From: an uncultured Clostridia bacterium | GTDB taxonomy: Bacteria; Bacillota; Clostridia; Oscillospirales; Ruminococcaceae | Assembly (NCBI GenBank): GCA_947627945.1 | Contig: CANQYC010000001.1 | Location: forward strand, 1 to 51,555 | Length of the DNA stretch: 51,555 nt | Direction: 5' to 3' | Shown here: in pieces, positions 43,732-51,555 of the stretch | How positions within the stretch are numbered: position 1 is the first letter of the stretch | Layout: each line of letters opens with the position of its first letter | The notes under the pieces: generated by a model | What the model was told of the DNA's origin: nothing | The model's database searches: none | Seen by the model: only the letters and a program-made list of their open reading frames with translations | Program-made: the position numbers and the translations under genes

Positions 43732-45483
43732 ATGGCAGATATTAATGTAAAAATCAACGGCATTGCGATTGCTGTTCCCAAGGGTACCACCATCCTGGAG
43801 GCTGCACATCAGGCAGGCGTGGACATTCCCACCTTCTGCTACATGAAGGAGATCAATGAGATCGGTGCATGCCGTATCTGTATGGTAGAGATCAACGAGG
43901 GCAGAGGTTTCCGTCTGGTGGCAGCCTGTGTATACCCGCTGGCATTTGATGGTACCGAGATCCGCACCAACTCTCCGAAGGTGCTGGATTCCAGAAGAAA
44001 GACCCTCGAGCTGATCCTGTCCACACATGACAGAAAATGCCTGTCCTGCGTCAGAAGCGGTCACTGCGAACTGCAGTCGCTCTGCAATGAGATGGGCATC
44101 GAGGAAGAGAACACCTATGCCGGCGAGGCACCGACCTACGAGGTAGATGATTCCGCTGTGCATATGTACCGCAACAACAACAAGTGCATTCTGTGCCGCC
44201 GCTGTGTTGCTGTCTGCTCGAAGTGGCAGGGCGTAGGCGTGATCGGTCCGAATGAGCGTGGTTTCGCCACCAACATCGGCTCTGCCTTTGAGATGGGTCT
44301 GGGCGAGACGAGCTGCGTTGCCTGCGGTCAGTGTATTGCCGTATGTCCTGTTGGTGCGCTGTCCGAGAAGGATTACACCGACGCTGTCTTTGCAGCGATC
44401 GCCGACGAGTCCAAGCATGTGATCGTCCAGACAGCTCCGGCTGTCCGTGCCGCACTGGGTGAGGAATTCGGCTATCCGATCGGCACCAATGTAGAGGGCA
44501 AGATGGCTGCTGCACTGCGCCGTCTGGGCTTCGATGATGTATTCGACACCGACTGGGGCGCAGACCTGACGATCATGGAAGAGGCTACCGAGTTTGTGGA
44601 TCGTTTCCAGAATGGCGGCAAGCTCCCGATGATCACCTCCTGCTCTCCCGGCTGGGTAAAATACTGCGAGCATTACTTCCCGGAGATGACCGACAACCTG
44701 TCCACCTGCAAGTCCCCGCACCAGATGCTGGGCGCAGTGGCAAAGACTTACTATGCTGAAAAGCTCGGCATCAAGCCGGAGGATATCGTCGTTGTCAGCG
44801 TAATGCCCTGCACTGCCAAGAAGTTTGAGATCGGCAGACCGGATGAGAACGCTGCCGGTGTTCCGGATGTGGATTATGTTCTGACGACCCGTGAGCTGGC
44901 AAGAATGATCCGCCGTGCAGGTCTGAACTTCACAGCACTGCCGGATGAGGACTTCGACAATCCGCTCGGTCTGTCTGCCGGTGCAGGCGACATCTTCGGT
45001 GCGACCGGCGGTGTTATGGAAGCTGCCCTGCGTACTGCATACTGCTGGCTGTCCGGCAATAACGAGGAAGTCGTGGAATTCCACGAAGTCCGTGGTACGG
45101 ATGGCATCAAGCGTGCATCCATCGACATCAACGGCACAGAGATCAAGGTCGCTGTCGCAAGCGGTCTGGCAAATGCCGGAGAGCTGCTCCGCAAGGTACA
45201 GAGCGGCGAGGAGAAGGTAGATTTCATCGAGATCATGGGCTGTCCCGGCGGCTGTGTCAATGGCGGCGGTCAGCCGCAGCAGCCGGCAAGCGTCCGCAAC
45301 TTTGCAGATCTGCGTGAGCTGCGTGCAAAGGCTCTGTATGATGAGGATGCTGCCAAGACGCTCCGTCTGTCACATTTGAATCCTGATGTACAGAAGCTCT
45401 ATGATGAGTATCTGGAGAAGCCCGGCAGCCACAAGGCACATGAGATCCTGCATACTTCGTATGTAAAGCGTTCTGTCAACTAA
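43732..45483 (+). CDS. hydA: [FeFe]-hydrogenase catalytic subunit (group A, multimeric type)
   Basis: An N-terminal 2Fe-2S and 4Fe-4S domains are present. The H-cluster motifs are TSCSPGW, MPCTAKKFE and EIMGCPGGCVNGGG. Confidence 0.95.
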   Translation: MADINVKINGIAIAVPKGTTILEAAHQAGVDIPTFCYMKEINEIGACRICMVEINEGRGFRLVAACVYPLAFDGTEIRTNSPKVLDSRRKTLELILSTHDRKCLSCVRSGHCELQSLCNEMGIEEENTYAGEAPTYEVDDSAVHMYRNNNKCILCRRCVAVCSKWQGVGVIGPNERGFATNIGSAFEMGLGETSCVACGQCIAVCPVGALSEKDYTDAVFAAIADESKHVIVQTAPAVRAALGEEFGYPIGTNVEGKMAAALRRLGFDDVFDTDWGADLTIMEEATEFVDRFQNGGKLPMITSCSPGWVKYCEHYFPEMTDNLSTCKSPHQMLGAVAKTYYAEKLGIKPEDIVVVSVMPCTAKKFEIGRPDENAAGVPDVDYVLTTRELARMIRRAGLNFTALPDEDFDNPLGLSAGAGDIFGATGGVMEAALRTAYCWLSGNNEEVVEFHEVRGTDGIKRASIDINGTEIKVAVASGLANAGELLRKVQSGEEKVDFIEIMGCPGGCVNGGGQPQQPASVRNFADLRELRAKALYDEDAAKTLRLSHLNPDVQKLYDEYLEKPGSHKAHEILHTSYVKRSVN

Positions 45484-45493
45484 TGGCAGTATT

Positions 45494-45512
45494 GCAGGGG
45501 GGTGCCCCCTGC
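45494..45512 (+). terminator. G/C hairpin after hydA
   Basis: GCAGGGGGG-TG-CCCCCTGC. It belongs to the same hairpin family as the one at 23878-23899. Confidence 0.45.
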
Positions 45513-45535
45513 GGCTCCGTTCACATTAAATAGCG

Positions 45536-45563
45536 AAAAGCCCCCGTGACCGGGGGCTTTTTC
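45536..45563. terminator. bidirectional intrinsic terminator
   Basis: AAAAGCCCCCG-TGAC-CGGGGGCTTTT. It lies between convergent hydA and the cotF-like gene. Confidence 0.8.
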
Positions 45564-45565
45564 TG

Positions 45566-45811
45566 TTACGATGCAGAAAATTTCTGCCGTACCTGCTGTA
45601 GCTTGGTCTGCTCTGCATTGTCCTGCTGATACCAGCCCTTTGCGGACATTTCAGAGTAGATGCGTCCCTGCATCCCGAGGGACTCGTTCAGTGCGGTGCG
45701 GAAAGACTGCTGCACATTGGGCGTGCTGGACTCGATCGTGCCGTGCAGATAGAGGTCGCATACCCCTTTCTCGATCAGCAGCATGTCCTCCATCAAATTC
45801 TGATCCTGCAT
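45566..45811 (-). CDS. spore coat protein, CotF-like
   Basis: EDMLLIEKGVCDLYLHGTIESSTPNVQQSFRTALNE is CotF-family-like. The ATG is at 45811. Confidence 0.75.
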   Translation of the reverse strand: MQDQNLMEDMLLIEKGVCDLYLHGTIESSTPNVQQSFRTALNESLGMQGRIYSEMSAKGWYQQDNAEQTKLQQVRQKFSAS

Positions 45812-45825
45812 GTGGTTACCCCCTC

Positions 45826-45999
45826 TCAAAGCAAGCCGTACAGGCTTTTGAAGATCTGCTGGTGCTTCTGTGCCATCTGCTGGATACAGGATCTCAGACC
45901 CTCATCCTGCAGCTGGGACATGGCTTCGTTGCATTTGGACTGGAAGAATTGCTCATGACCGAGCGCATCCTCCACATACTGCAATTCTTTGGATGTCAT
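45826..45999 (-). CDS. small CotF-associated spore coat protein
   Basis: MTSKELQYVEDALGHEQFFQSKC. The ATG at 45999 has GGAGGTG 8 nt upstream. Confidence 0.6.
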   Translation of the reverse strand: MTSKELQYVEDALGHEQFFQSKCNEAMSQLQDEGLRSCIQQMAQKHQQIFKSLYGLL

Positions 46000-46097
46000 T
46001 GCTATCACCTCCGACCATAGTATGGGAGGGAGAAAGGGGATCTATTCAAATGCCGGCAGAAAAACATGCAGATATTTCTGCCGCTTCGAGGCATGGC

Positions 46098-49000
46098 TCA
46101 TTCCGAGGGAGACTCGCTCATCTCCTGCGTTTCTGTTTCCTCAGGGGGTGCGTCGGATGTTGCTCCCTCCGTTTCTTCGGAGGATGTTTCTGTGCTGTCC
46201 TCGCTGTCCTCCGTGGATCCTGTATCTGTCAAGGTCTCTGTGGGGAGCGTCTCGGTGGAAAACTCCGTCGCATCGGTGGAGGAAGTTTCCTCTGTTGGGT
46301 CGGTGACTTCGGTGCTTTCCGTTTCCGGCTCCGTGGAGGTCTCCGTCATATCGGTATCCGTGGTGACGGTTTCTGTGGTGATCTGTACTGCGGTCTCGGA
46401 TGTTTCTTCCGTGGAGACAGTCGGCAGAGGGGCACCTGACCAGCCTCCGGTACTGAGGACATGACTATCCGTGCCGATGCTGACCGTCAGCCAGACCTCT
46501 GTATCTACCGGGATCCGTGTTCCCTCTGCAATGTTCTGCGAGAGGACACAGTCCATGACATTGCTGTCAGAAATATAACACATGACACATTTCAGTCCTG
46601 CCTTTTCGATCGCTGCCCTTGCCTCTGCGGCACGCATCCGGACGACGCCGGGAGCCCGTGTCATCTCTACCCCCAGACTGACTTTCATGCCGATGGTGGT
46701 ACCCTGCGGCACCTGCCGTCCCTCTGGAATGTCCTGCGCAATAATGACACCTGCTGGGATCTCCTTGTCATAGACCGTCTCGACCTGGAGCGCATAGAGA
46801 TAAGACGCCGACAATGCCTGTTTGGCGTCTTCAAAGTCCATACCGACATAGTTTCCCACGGTTTCAAGACGGTTGACATCCAGATCTTCCCGTCCGAGGG
46901 AGACTGTCAGGTGGATCGTGCTGTCCCGGAGCAATTTGGTATCCGGGGCGGCATCCTGTGCCATGACCGTGCCGGGCGCATCGCTGATGCTCGGGACACC
47001 CTCTGATGTCACCTGAAAACCAAGCTCTTCGAGCCGTTTTTTCGCATCGGCAAGCAGCATGTTCCGTACATCCGGCACATAGTTCGACCAGCCGTTGCTG
47101 AGACCGAGCAGGACGGTGTCCCCCGGTCTGACAACGGCACCTGCCTCCGGCTGCTGTGTGACGACACAGTCCTCTGGTATGACCGGATTGTTCTCCCGTG
47201 CGGTCAGGACCATCTGTAACCCCATTTCGGAGAGCAGAGCTTCCGCCTCCGCAAGCGGCATGGAGAGCAGTGCGGGAAGCTGCTGTTCTTCCCCGGTGAG
47301 CGTGTAGCTGACATCGGGAAGTGCTGCCGTTTGCAGGAGAGACTGCACGCCCCAGCATGCGGGCGGTGCCGCCAGACAGACCGCACAGAACCCCGCAGTC
47401 AGCCGGGTATGCAAAGCCTGTGCAGACATGTGCGGGCGATAGCATTTCACCGGGGATGCCGTGTGAAGCTGTTTCCAGAGCGAGGGGATCGTCATTGCCG
47501 GATCCTGTGAGCCGTTGTACAGGGCATTCCGAATACGGCGGGGCAATGCCTTTGCCGCCGGCGACTGACAGTCCGGATCTCCCGTCATCATCGTACACAG
47601 CAGCCGGCTCACTGCCTGTACATCCCCCACAGGTGCAGCCGTATCTGTGCCATTGCACCAGCCGAGCAGCAGACAGCCAGCAGTGGAAATGCGCACCGTC
47701 TCCTCTGTCATGGCACCGTGACAGATACCCTGTTCATGCAGACCGCTCAGGGTATCCATGACGGGCGTGAGCTTTGCGATGGCATCCGCAGGCGGACAGT
47801 CTCCCCCCTGCAGGGCATCGCCGAACGGCGGCGGAAAGGCATACCACAGTGTGCCGTGTTCCTCAAAAATGTCGCAGATCTGCGGCAGGGCAGATTCCCC
47901 GGAAAGCCGCTGCAAGGTCTCCAGACGTTTCCGCAGCGTACTGCGCACCTGTTCCCACGTCTCCCGTGCCACGGCATGGTAGGGTACAAATACGCCGTCC
48001 TGCCGGAAACACCATTGCATCGGGAGAATTTCACACAGGATGCGTTCTCCGTCCGGATGCTGTGCGGAATAGTACAGTTCCCGCCCCTCCACGAGCAGCG
48101 GCGTTATGATCTCATATGCCCCGACGGATGCACCGGCAGACAGAGCCACATTTGCCACGGCAGCCGGGAATGCTGCCGGATCATTGCAGGACACCTCCTC
48201 TGTCTGCTGTTCCAGCACCGGGGGCATGTTCAGACCGGGCTGGACAGCCTGCATCTGCGCCAGAGCGGTGCGGTGCAGGGGGAGGTAGGAAGAATGCTCC
48301 ACGAACAGGATCTCCTGCGCTTCTTCTGTCAGCAGGTAATGCAGCCAGCGCATCCCCACCAGCCGTGCATTGCGGCTGACCTGCCTGCTGACCATGCAAT
48401 ACAGCTCATACTGCACCGGACAGGTGCCATTCACAGAAACGGGCATCATCTGTACTGCGCCCGCACTCTGCACACTGCGTGACAGTGTGCCCATTTTGGC
48501 GGAGGAGGCAAGTACCGGATGGCGTCCATCCTCCAGAAATGCAGAAAAGCAGTCCGTCACGGCAGTACCATCCGGCAGAAATGGCTTTGCACTGCTGTCG
48601 GATAGGGTCGATGCGGGGAGTTCTCCCCATGCTGCGGTCTCGGGCAGGGGCGTGTAATAGGTATTGCAGTAGAGTGCCGGATAGCTGCACCCGAGCGGCA
48701 TAGCGGTCTTGAATGCAGAAAGATCTGTCACATAGACATCTTCTGCCGCATTGGTCAGCGGTGTCAGCCGGACGGCATATCGCTCTGCCAGCGGGTCGGT
48801 GGTATTCATGAGGACTGCGGGTGCCTCGGAGATCTCTGCCAGCCGTGACAGTGACGCCGCAAAGGCATCCGGTGTAAAGAGCCGGACATTGACACCGCAG
48901 CCCGGTTCGCTGCGTGCAAAGCCCTCTGCGAGTTTTTCGTACATGGCGCATGCGTCTGTCTCATCCGCATCCGGTCCCATAGCGACCCAGACGGTGATGA

Positions 49001-49175
49001 CCTCCGGCTGGACGGAACGTGCAGAAAGCGGCGTATGTACCTCAAAGACGAACAGAATCCCGGCAACAGCGGCGATCAGACACAATCCGCAAAGTGCGAG
49101 CCGATAGGGAAAAGCGGGCAGAAAGTGCGGCGGTACGGAGCTATGGCGTGAACTGTCTTGTTTCGGGAAATGCAT
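46098..49175 (-). CDS. multidomain membrane protein: TM - solute-binding-protein-like domain - degenerate Ser/Thr kinase-like domain - TM - 4 PASTA domains - acidic Thr/Glu/Ser tail
   Basis: The SBP-like part has ITVWVAMG...EKLAEGF...PGCGVNV and a C-terminal WLHYLLTEEAQEILF...YLPLH. The kinase-like part has ICHGAMTEETV (in place of HRDLKPxN), LLGWCNG (in place of DFG) and GDVQAVSRLLCTMMTG. Four repeats of about 65 aa end in LGLSNG, LTVSLG, MKVSLG and LTVSIG. Confidence 0.85.
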   Translation of the reverse strand: MHFPKQDSSRHSSVPPHFLPAFPYRLALCGLCLIAAVAGILFVFEVHTPLSARSVQPEVITVWVAMGPDADETDACAMYEKLAEGFARSEPGCGVNVRLFTPDAFAASLSRLAEISEAPAVLMNTTDPLAERYAVRLTPLTNAAEDVYVTDLSAFKTAMPLGCSYPALYCNTYYTPLPETAAWGELPASTLSDSSAKPFLPDGTAVTDCFSAFLEDGRHPVLASSAKMGTLSRSVQSAGAVQMMPVSVNGTCPVQYELYCMVSRQVSRNARLVGMRWLHYLLTEEAQEILFVEHSSYLPLHRTALAQMQAVQPGLNMPPVLEQQTEEVSCNDPAAFPAAVANVALSAGASVGAYEIITPLLVEGRELYYSAQHPDGERILCEILPMQWCFRQDGVFVPYHAVARETWEQVRSTLRKRLETLQRLSGESALPQICDIFEEHGTLWYAFPPPFGDALQGGDCPPADAIAKLTPVMDTLSGLHEQGICHGAMTEETVRISTAGCLLLGWCNGTDTAAPVGDVQAVSRLLCTMMTGDPDCQSPAAKALPRRIRNALYNGSQDPAMTIPSLWKQLHTASPVKCYRPHMSAQALHTRLTAGFCAVCLAAPPACWGVQSLLQTAALPDVSYTLTGEEQQLPALLSMPLAEAEALLSEMGLQMVLTARENNPVIPEDCVVTQQPEAGAVVRPGDTVLLGLSNGWSNYVPDVRNMLLADAKKRLEELGFQVTSEGVPSISDAPGTVMAQDAAPDTKLLRDSTIHLTVSLGREDLDVNRLETVGNYVGMDFEDAKQALSASYLYALQVETVYDKEIPAGVIIAQDIPEGRQVPQGTTIGMKVSLGVEMTRAPGVVRMRAAEARAAIEKAGLKCVMCYISDSNVMDCVLSQNIAEGTRIPVDTEVWLTVSIGTDSHVLSTGGWSGAPLPTVSTEETSETAVQITTETVTTDTDMTETSTEPETESTEVTDPTEETSSTDATEFSTETLPTETLTDTGSTEDSEDSTETSSEETEGATSDAPPEETETQEMSESPSE

Positions 49176-49269
49176 GATATGTCACCTCATTATCAGTAGC
49201 TCTTGTTTTAGTATACCATAAATCAGGTGTTAAGTCAAGTATGCAGTATTTGGCAGCAATATAGCAAAT

Positions 49270-49300
49270 CAGGGGGAGCCTTTCCAAAAGGCTCCCCCTG
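49270..49300 (-). terminator. hairpin after the LRR-dockerin gene
   Basis: CAGGGGGAGCCTTT-3 nt-AAAGGCTCCCCCTG, a 14-bp stem. The T-tract that follows is modest. Confidence 0.6.
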
Positions 49301-49315
49301 AGCATTACCTGTTTC

Positions 49316-50428
49316 TTACTTCACAAGCTCCCGGATGTCAAACTCTTTCCCGTTCGCTCCCTTGATCGCCGCATATTGCAGGATGTAGGCGGCATCGCTG
49401 GCGTTGACCATGCCGTTGCCGTCAATGTCCGCCGCAGTGATCTGTGCTTCGGTCAAATTGCCATAAGTTCCGGTCGCACCGTATACGGCAGCGGTGGAAA
49501 GTGTCATGGCTGCATCGCCGGCATTGATGACGTTGTCACCACTCACGTCGCCGAGCATACTTGCGGACACAGGTGCATGGTCGATCGTGTCAAAATTGTA
49601 GCCATATTTTTCGGCATATGCCTGTGCGGTGGAATTTTCATAGCCGTAGATGGTGCCAGTAAAAGTGCATGAATCCGTTTCATAAATGTAGCCGTCGCAA
49701 ATTGTGCTTGGATCATCAAATATCTCACAGTCTGGATTTTCAATGATGATCGAAGTGAGCGCAAGGCAGTCATAAAATGCATGACCGCCGATGCTCGTCA
49801 CGCTGTCCGGAATTGTCACAGATGTCAGGGAAGCACAACCGCAAAAAGTCGATGCGGTGATCTCTGTTTCACTGTCCGGGATATTCACAGATGTCAAAGA
49901 CTCACAGCCAATAAAAATTGCATAACCAAAGCTCGTCATGCTGTCCGGGATCGTTACAGAGATCAGGGAAGTACAACCATCAAAAACAGCGGAACCAAGT
50001 TGTGTTACACCATCCGGAATTTTCACAGAAGTCAGGGAAGTACAGCACGTAAAGGCATAACTCCAAATCACTGTCACGCTGTTCGGGATCGTTACAGAGG
50101 TCAGCGAAGAACAGCCATAGAATGCGCAAGATCCGATACTCGTCACACCTTTTTCAATGTTCACATGTTCTATGTCAGTCACATACGAGTTCCACGGCTT
50201 ATAATCTTCAGAACAATCCTCCATCTCCCCCGTCCCGCTGATCGTCAGCGTTTTGGTGGTCTCATCATACTCCCACGTCAAATTTTCCCCGCACGTCCCC
50301 GATGTCGCATCTGCTGCCCGCACCGTCAGCACCGCACCGAGCTGCATGACCGGCTCCGCCGGCATTGAGATACCGCAAAACATGGCTGCCGCTGTCAGAA
50401 ATGACAGCACTTTTTTGGTTTTTTTCAT
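49316..50428 (-). CDS. secreted BspA-type leucine-rich-repeat protein with a C-terminal dockerin
   Basis: There is a signal peptide. It has repeated IP(D/N)SVT.IG..AF..C.SLTSV units. The dockerin is GDVSGDNVINAGDAAMTL...ADIDGNGMVNASDAAYILQY. Confidence 0.88.
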   Translation of the reverse strand: MKKTKKVLSFLTAAAMFCGISMPAEPVMQLGAVLTVRAADATSGTCGENLTWEYDETTKTLTISGTGEMEDCSEDYKPWNSYVTDIEHVNIEKGVTSIGSCAFYGCSSLTSVTIPNSVTVIWSYAFTCCTSLTSVKIPDGVTQLGSAVFDGCTSLISVTIPDSMTSFGYAIFIGCESLTSVNIPDSETEITASTFCGCASLTSVTIPDSVTSIGGHAFYDCLALTSIIIENPDCEIFDDPSTICDGYIYETDSCTFTGTIYGYENSTAQAYAEKYGYNFDTIDHAPVSASMLGDVSGDNVINAGDAAMTLSTAAVYGATGTYGNLTEAQITAADIDGNGMVNASDAAYILQYAAIKGANGKEFDIRELVK

Positions 50429-50522
50429 AAGAATTCTCCTTTCATGTCAAACCGGATACTTATAGTATACCACATTTCCCCGCACATTGCAAGCACAAAT
50501 ATACAAAAACTAACACCCCCCG

Positions 50523-51392
50523 CTACGCCATCCCATCCCGTTCAGCCAGCGCATTTGCCAGTGAGGTGAGCTGGGGCATCGTCATTGCCTCGATGCGGAC
50601 ATCCGGCGGAAGTCCGAGCGATGCCAGCAGTGCCATGAGCGTCTCTTTGGAAATGCCAAGCTCCCCGGCAAGTATGCCCGCAAGCTGCTTGCGGCGGCGG
50701 GAAAATCCCAGTTTTACGATAGAAAACAGCAGCCCCGCATCCGTCACATGCCACGGGTCTTCCTTGTGCAGACGAATCTGCATGACAACAGAATCCACCT
50801 TCGGCGGCGGCAGAAAGCTGCCCCGCCCGACATCAAAGAGCTTCTCCGCCGTCCCGTAGTAGGCAATGGCGGCGGTGACTGCCCCCGCTTCCCTGCTGCC
50901 GACCTTGGCACAGAGCCGCTGCGCCGCCTCTTTCTGCACCATCACCGTGATCGTCTCCACCGGCAGCCGTTCCTCGAGCAGCCGCATAATGACCGGAGAC
51001 GTGATATAATACGGCAGATTCGCACAGACAGCCACACGCAGCCCGGCAAATTCCGAGGCGATCAGCCCCGCCAGATCGTACGTCATCACATCACCATGCA
51101 CGATGTGGATATTATCAAAACCTTGCAGTGTCTCCTCTAAGATCGGAAACAGCCGTGTATCGAGTTCCACCGCAGCAACTTTGTCCGCACGTTTTGCCAG
51201 TTCTGCGGTCAGTGTCCCGATGCCGGTGCCGATCTCGAGGATGCCAAACCCCGGTGCAGCATTTCCCAGTTCTGCCATCCGGGGGCATACCGTGGGATTT
51301 ATCAGGAAATTCTGCCCCATCGCCTTGGAAAAGTGAAAGCCATGACGCTCTAAAAGCGAACGCACATAGCCGATATCCGTCAGCCGTTCCAT
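50523..51392 (-). CDS. rsmA: 16S rRNA (adenine1518/1519-N6)-dimethyltransferase
   Basis: The ATG at 51392 gives MERLTD. It carries KAMGQNFL, the SAM motif ILEIGTGIGTLT and NLPYYITSP. Confidence 0.93.
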   Translation of the reverse strand: MERLTDIGYVRSLLERHGFHFSKAMGQNFLINPTVCPRMAELGNAAPGFGILEIGTGIGTLTAELAKRADKVAAVELDTRLFPILEETLQGFDNIHIVHGDVMTYDLAGLIASEFAGLRVAVCANLPYYITSPVIMRLLEERLPVETITVMVQKEAAQRLCAKVGSREAGAVTAAIAYYGTAEKLFDVGRGSFLPPPKVDSVVMQIRLHKEDPWHVTDAGLLFSIVKLGFSRRRKQLAGILAGELGISKETLMALLASLGLPPDVRIEAMTMPQLTSLANALAERDGMA

Positions 51393-51555
51393 ACTTCTCC
51401 CCCCAGTTCTCTGATGATCGCTTCCGCACAGCGGATGCCGTCTGCGGCGGCGGAGGTGATGCCGCCCGCATAGCCTGCACCCTCTCCGCATGGATACAGC
51501 CCCCGCATGCCCAGTGAACAGCAATGTTCATCCCGCAGGATCCGCACCGGCGAGG
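51380..51555 (-). CDS. 3' end of an FAD-dependent protein gene (COG2509-like), 5'-truncated by the window edge
   Basis: Hand translation gives ...GMRGLYPCGEGAGYAGGITSAAADGIRCAEAIIRELGGEVWNG*. Its stop overlaps the rsmA start by 13 nt. It is absent from the ORF track because it has no in-window start. Confidence 0.6.
   Translation of the reverse strand, partial: SPVRILRDEHCCSLGMRGLYPCGEGAGYAGGITSAAADGIRCAEAIIRELGGEVWNG

Noticed and set aside
46009-46097. CATACTAT sequence (46017-46024, minus strand) as a sigma-E/K-type -10 box for the cotF-like genes
   Set aside because: It lies only a few nucleotides upstream of the RBS, so a transcript starting downstream of it would lack the RBS. No convincing -35 element was seen.
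1-51555. Prophage, transposon or integrative-element genes, rRNA and CRISPR arrays
   Set aside because: No integrase, transposase, recombinase, phage structural, cas or rRNA-like sequences were recognisable in any frame. The only mobility hint is the compositional break near 4.2 kb.

Overview
This 51.6-kb window looks like chromosome from a spore-forming, dockerin-using Clostridia genome (Ruminococcaceae/Oscillospiraceae-like). That assignment is inferred from gene content only. All family calls come from reading motifs in the supplied translations; no database search was run. Start codons were re-picked by eye using RBS and stop-overlap geometry, so many differ from the ORF track.

Layout:
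- 1-4.1 kb: a visibly AT-richer block with a CMD-cupin protein, an Fe-alcohol dehydrogenase, a frameshifted secreted flavodoxin with a dockerin-like segment, and an XRE regulator with small membrane proteins.
- 4.2-9.8 kb: an AlkD-like repair protein and a complete Bce-type peptide-antibiotic sensing and efflux module (response regulator, kinase, ABC ATPase, FtsX permease, extra small membrane protein).
- 9.9-11.4 kb: a PH-domain membrane protein and a hypothetical protein.
- 11.4-17.2 kb: an unusual operon. It encodes an HSP90-family ATPase, two paralogous TPR-like helical proteins (one with a large C-terminal extension), a membrane-anchored acidic protein and a 32-aa membrane peptide.
- 17.5-21.1 kb: a LacI-core-GGDEF cyclase, then a class B sortase translationally coupled to a leaderless R-S-E ADP-ribosyltransferase.
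- 21.4-24.2 kb: asnS, asnA and a solitary tRNA-Pro(GGG).
- 24.4-27.7 kb: a PL1+PL9 pectate lyase with a dockerin.
- 27.8-29.8 kb: an Amt-PII fusion behind a leader terminator.
- 30-36 kb: rpmB, an M50 protease, scpAB, ytfI-like/ytfJ, a DD-carboxypeptidase and rluB.
- 36.3-39.6 kb: a three-gene soluble transcarboxylase-type biotin enzyme set.
- 40-45.5 kb: metA and a HydCBA [FeFe]-hydrogenase of the bifurcating type.
- 45.6-49.2 kb: two CotF-like genes downstream of a 1025-aa SBP-pseudokinase-4xPASTA protein.
- 49.3-51.6 kb: an LRR-dockerin protein, rsmA and the 3' end of an FAD-dependent protein gene.

I saw no CRISPR array, rRNA, transposase or integrase. The most interesting candidates are the HSP90-family operon, the sortase-ART pair and the PASTA pseudokinase. 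Next come the Amt-PII gene with its leader attenuator and a reused promoter cassette associated with G/C-rich hairpin elements.
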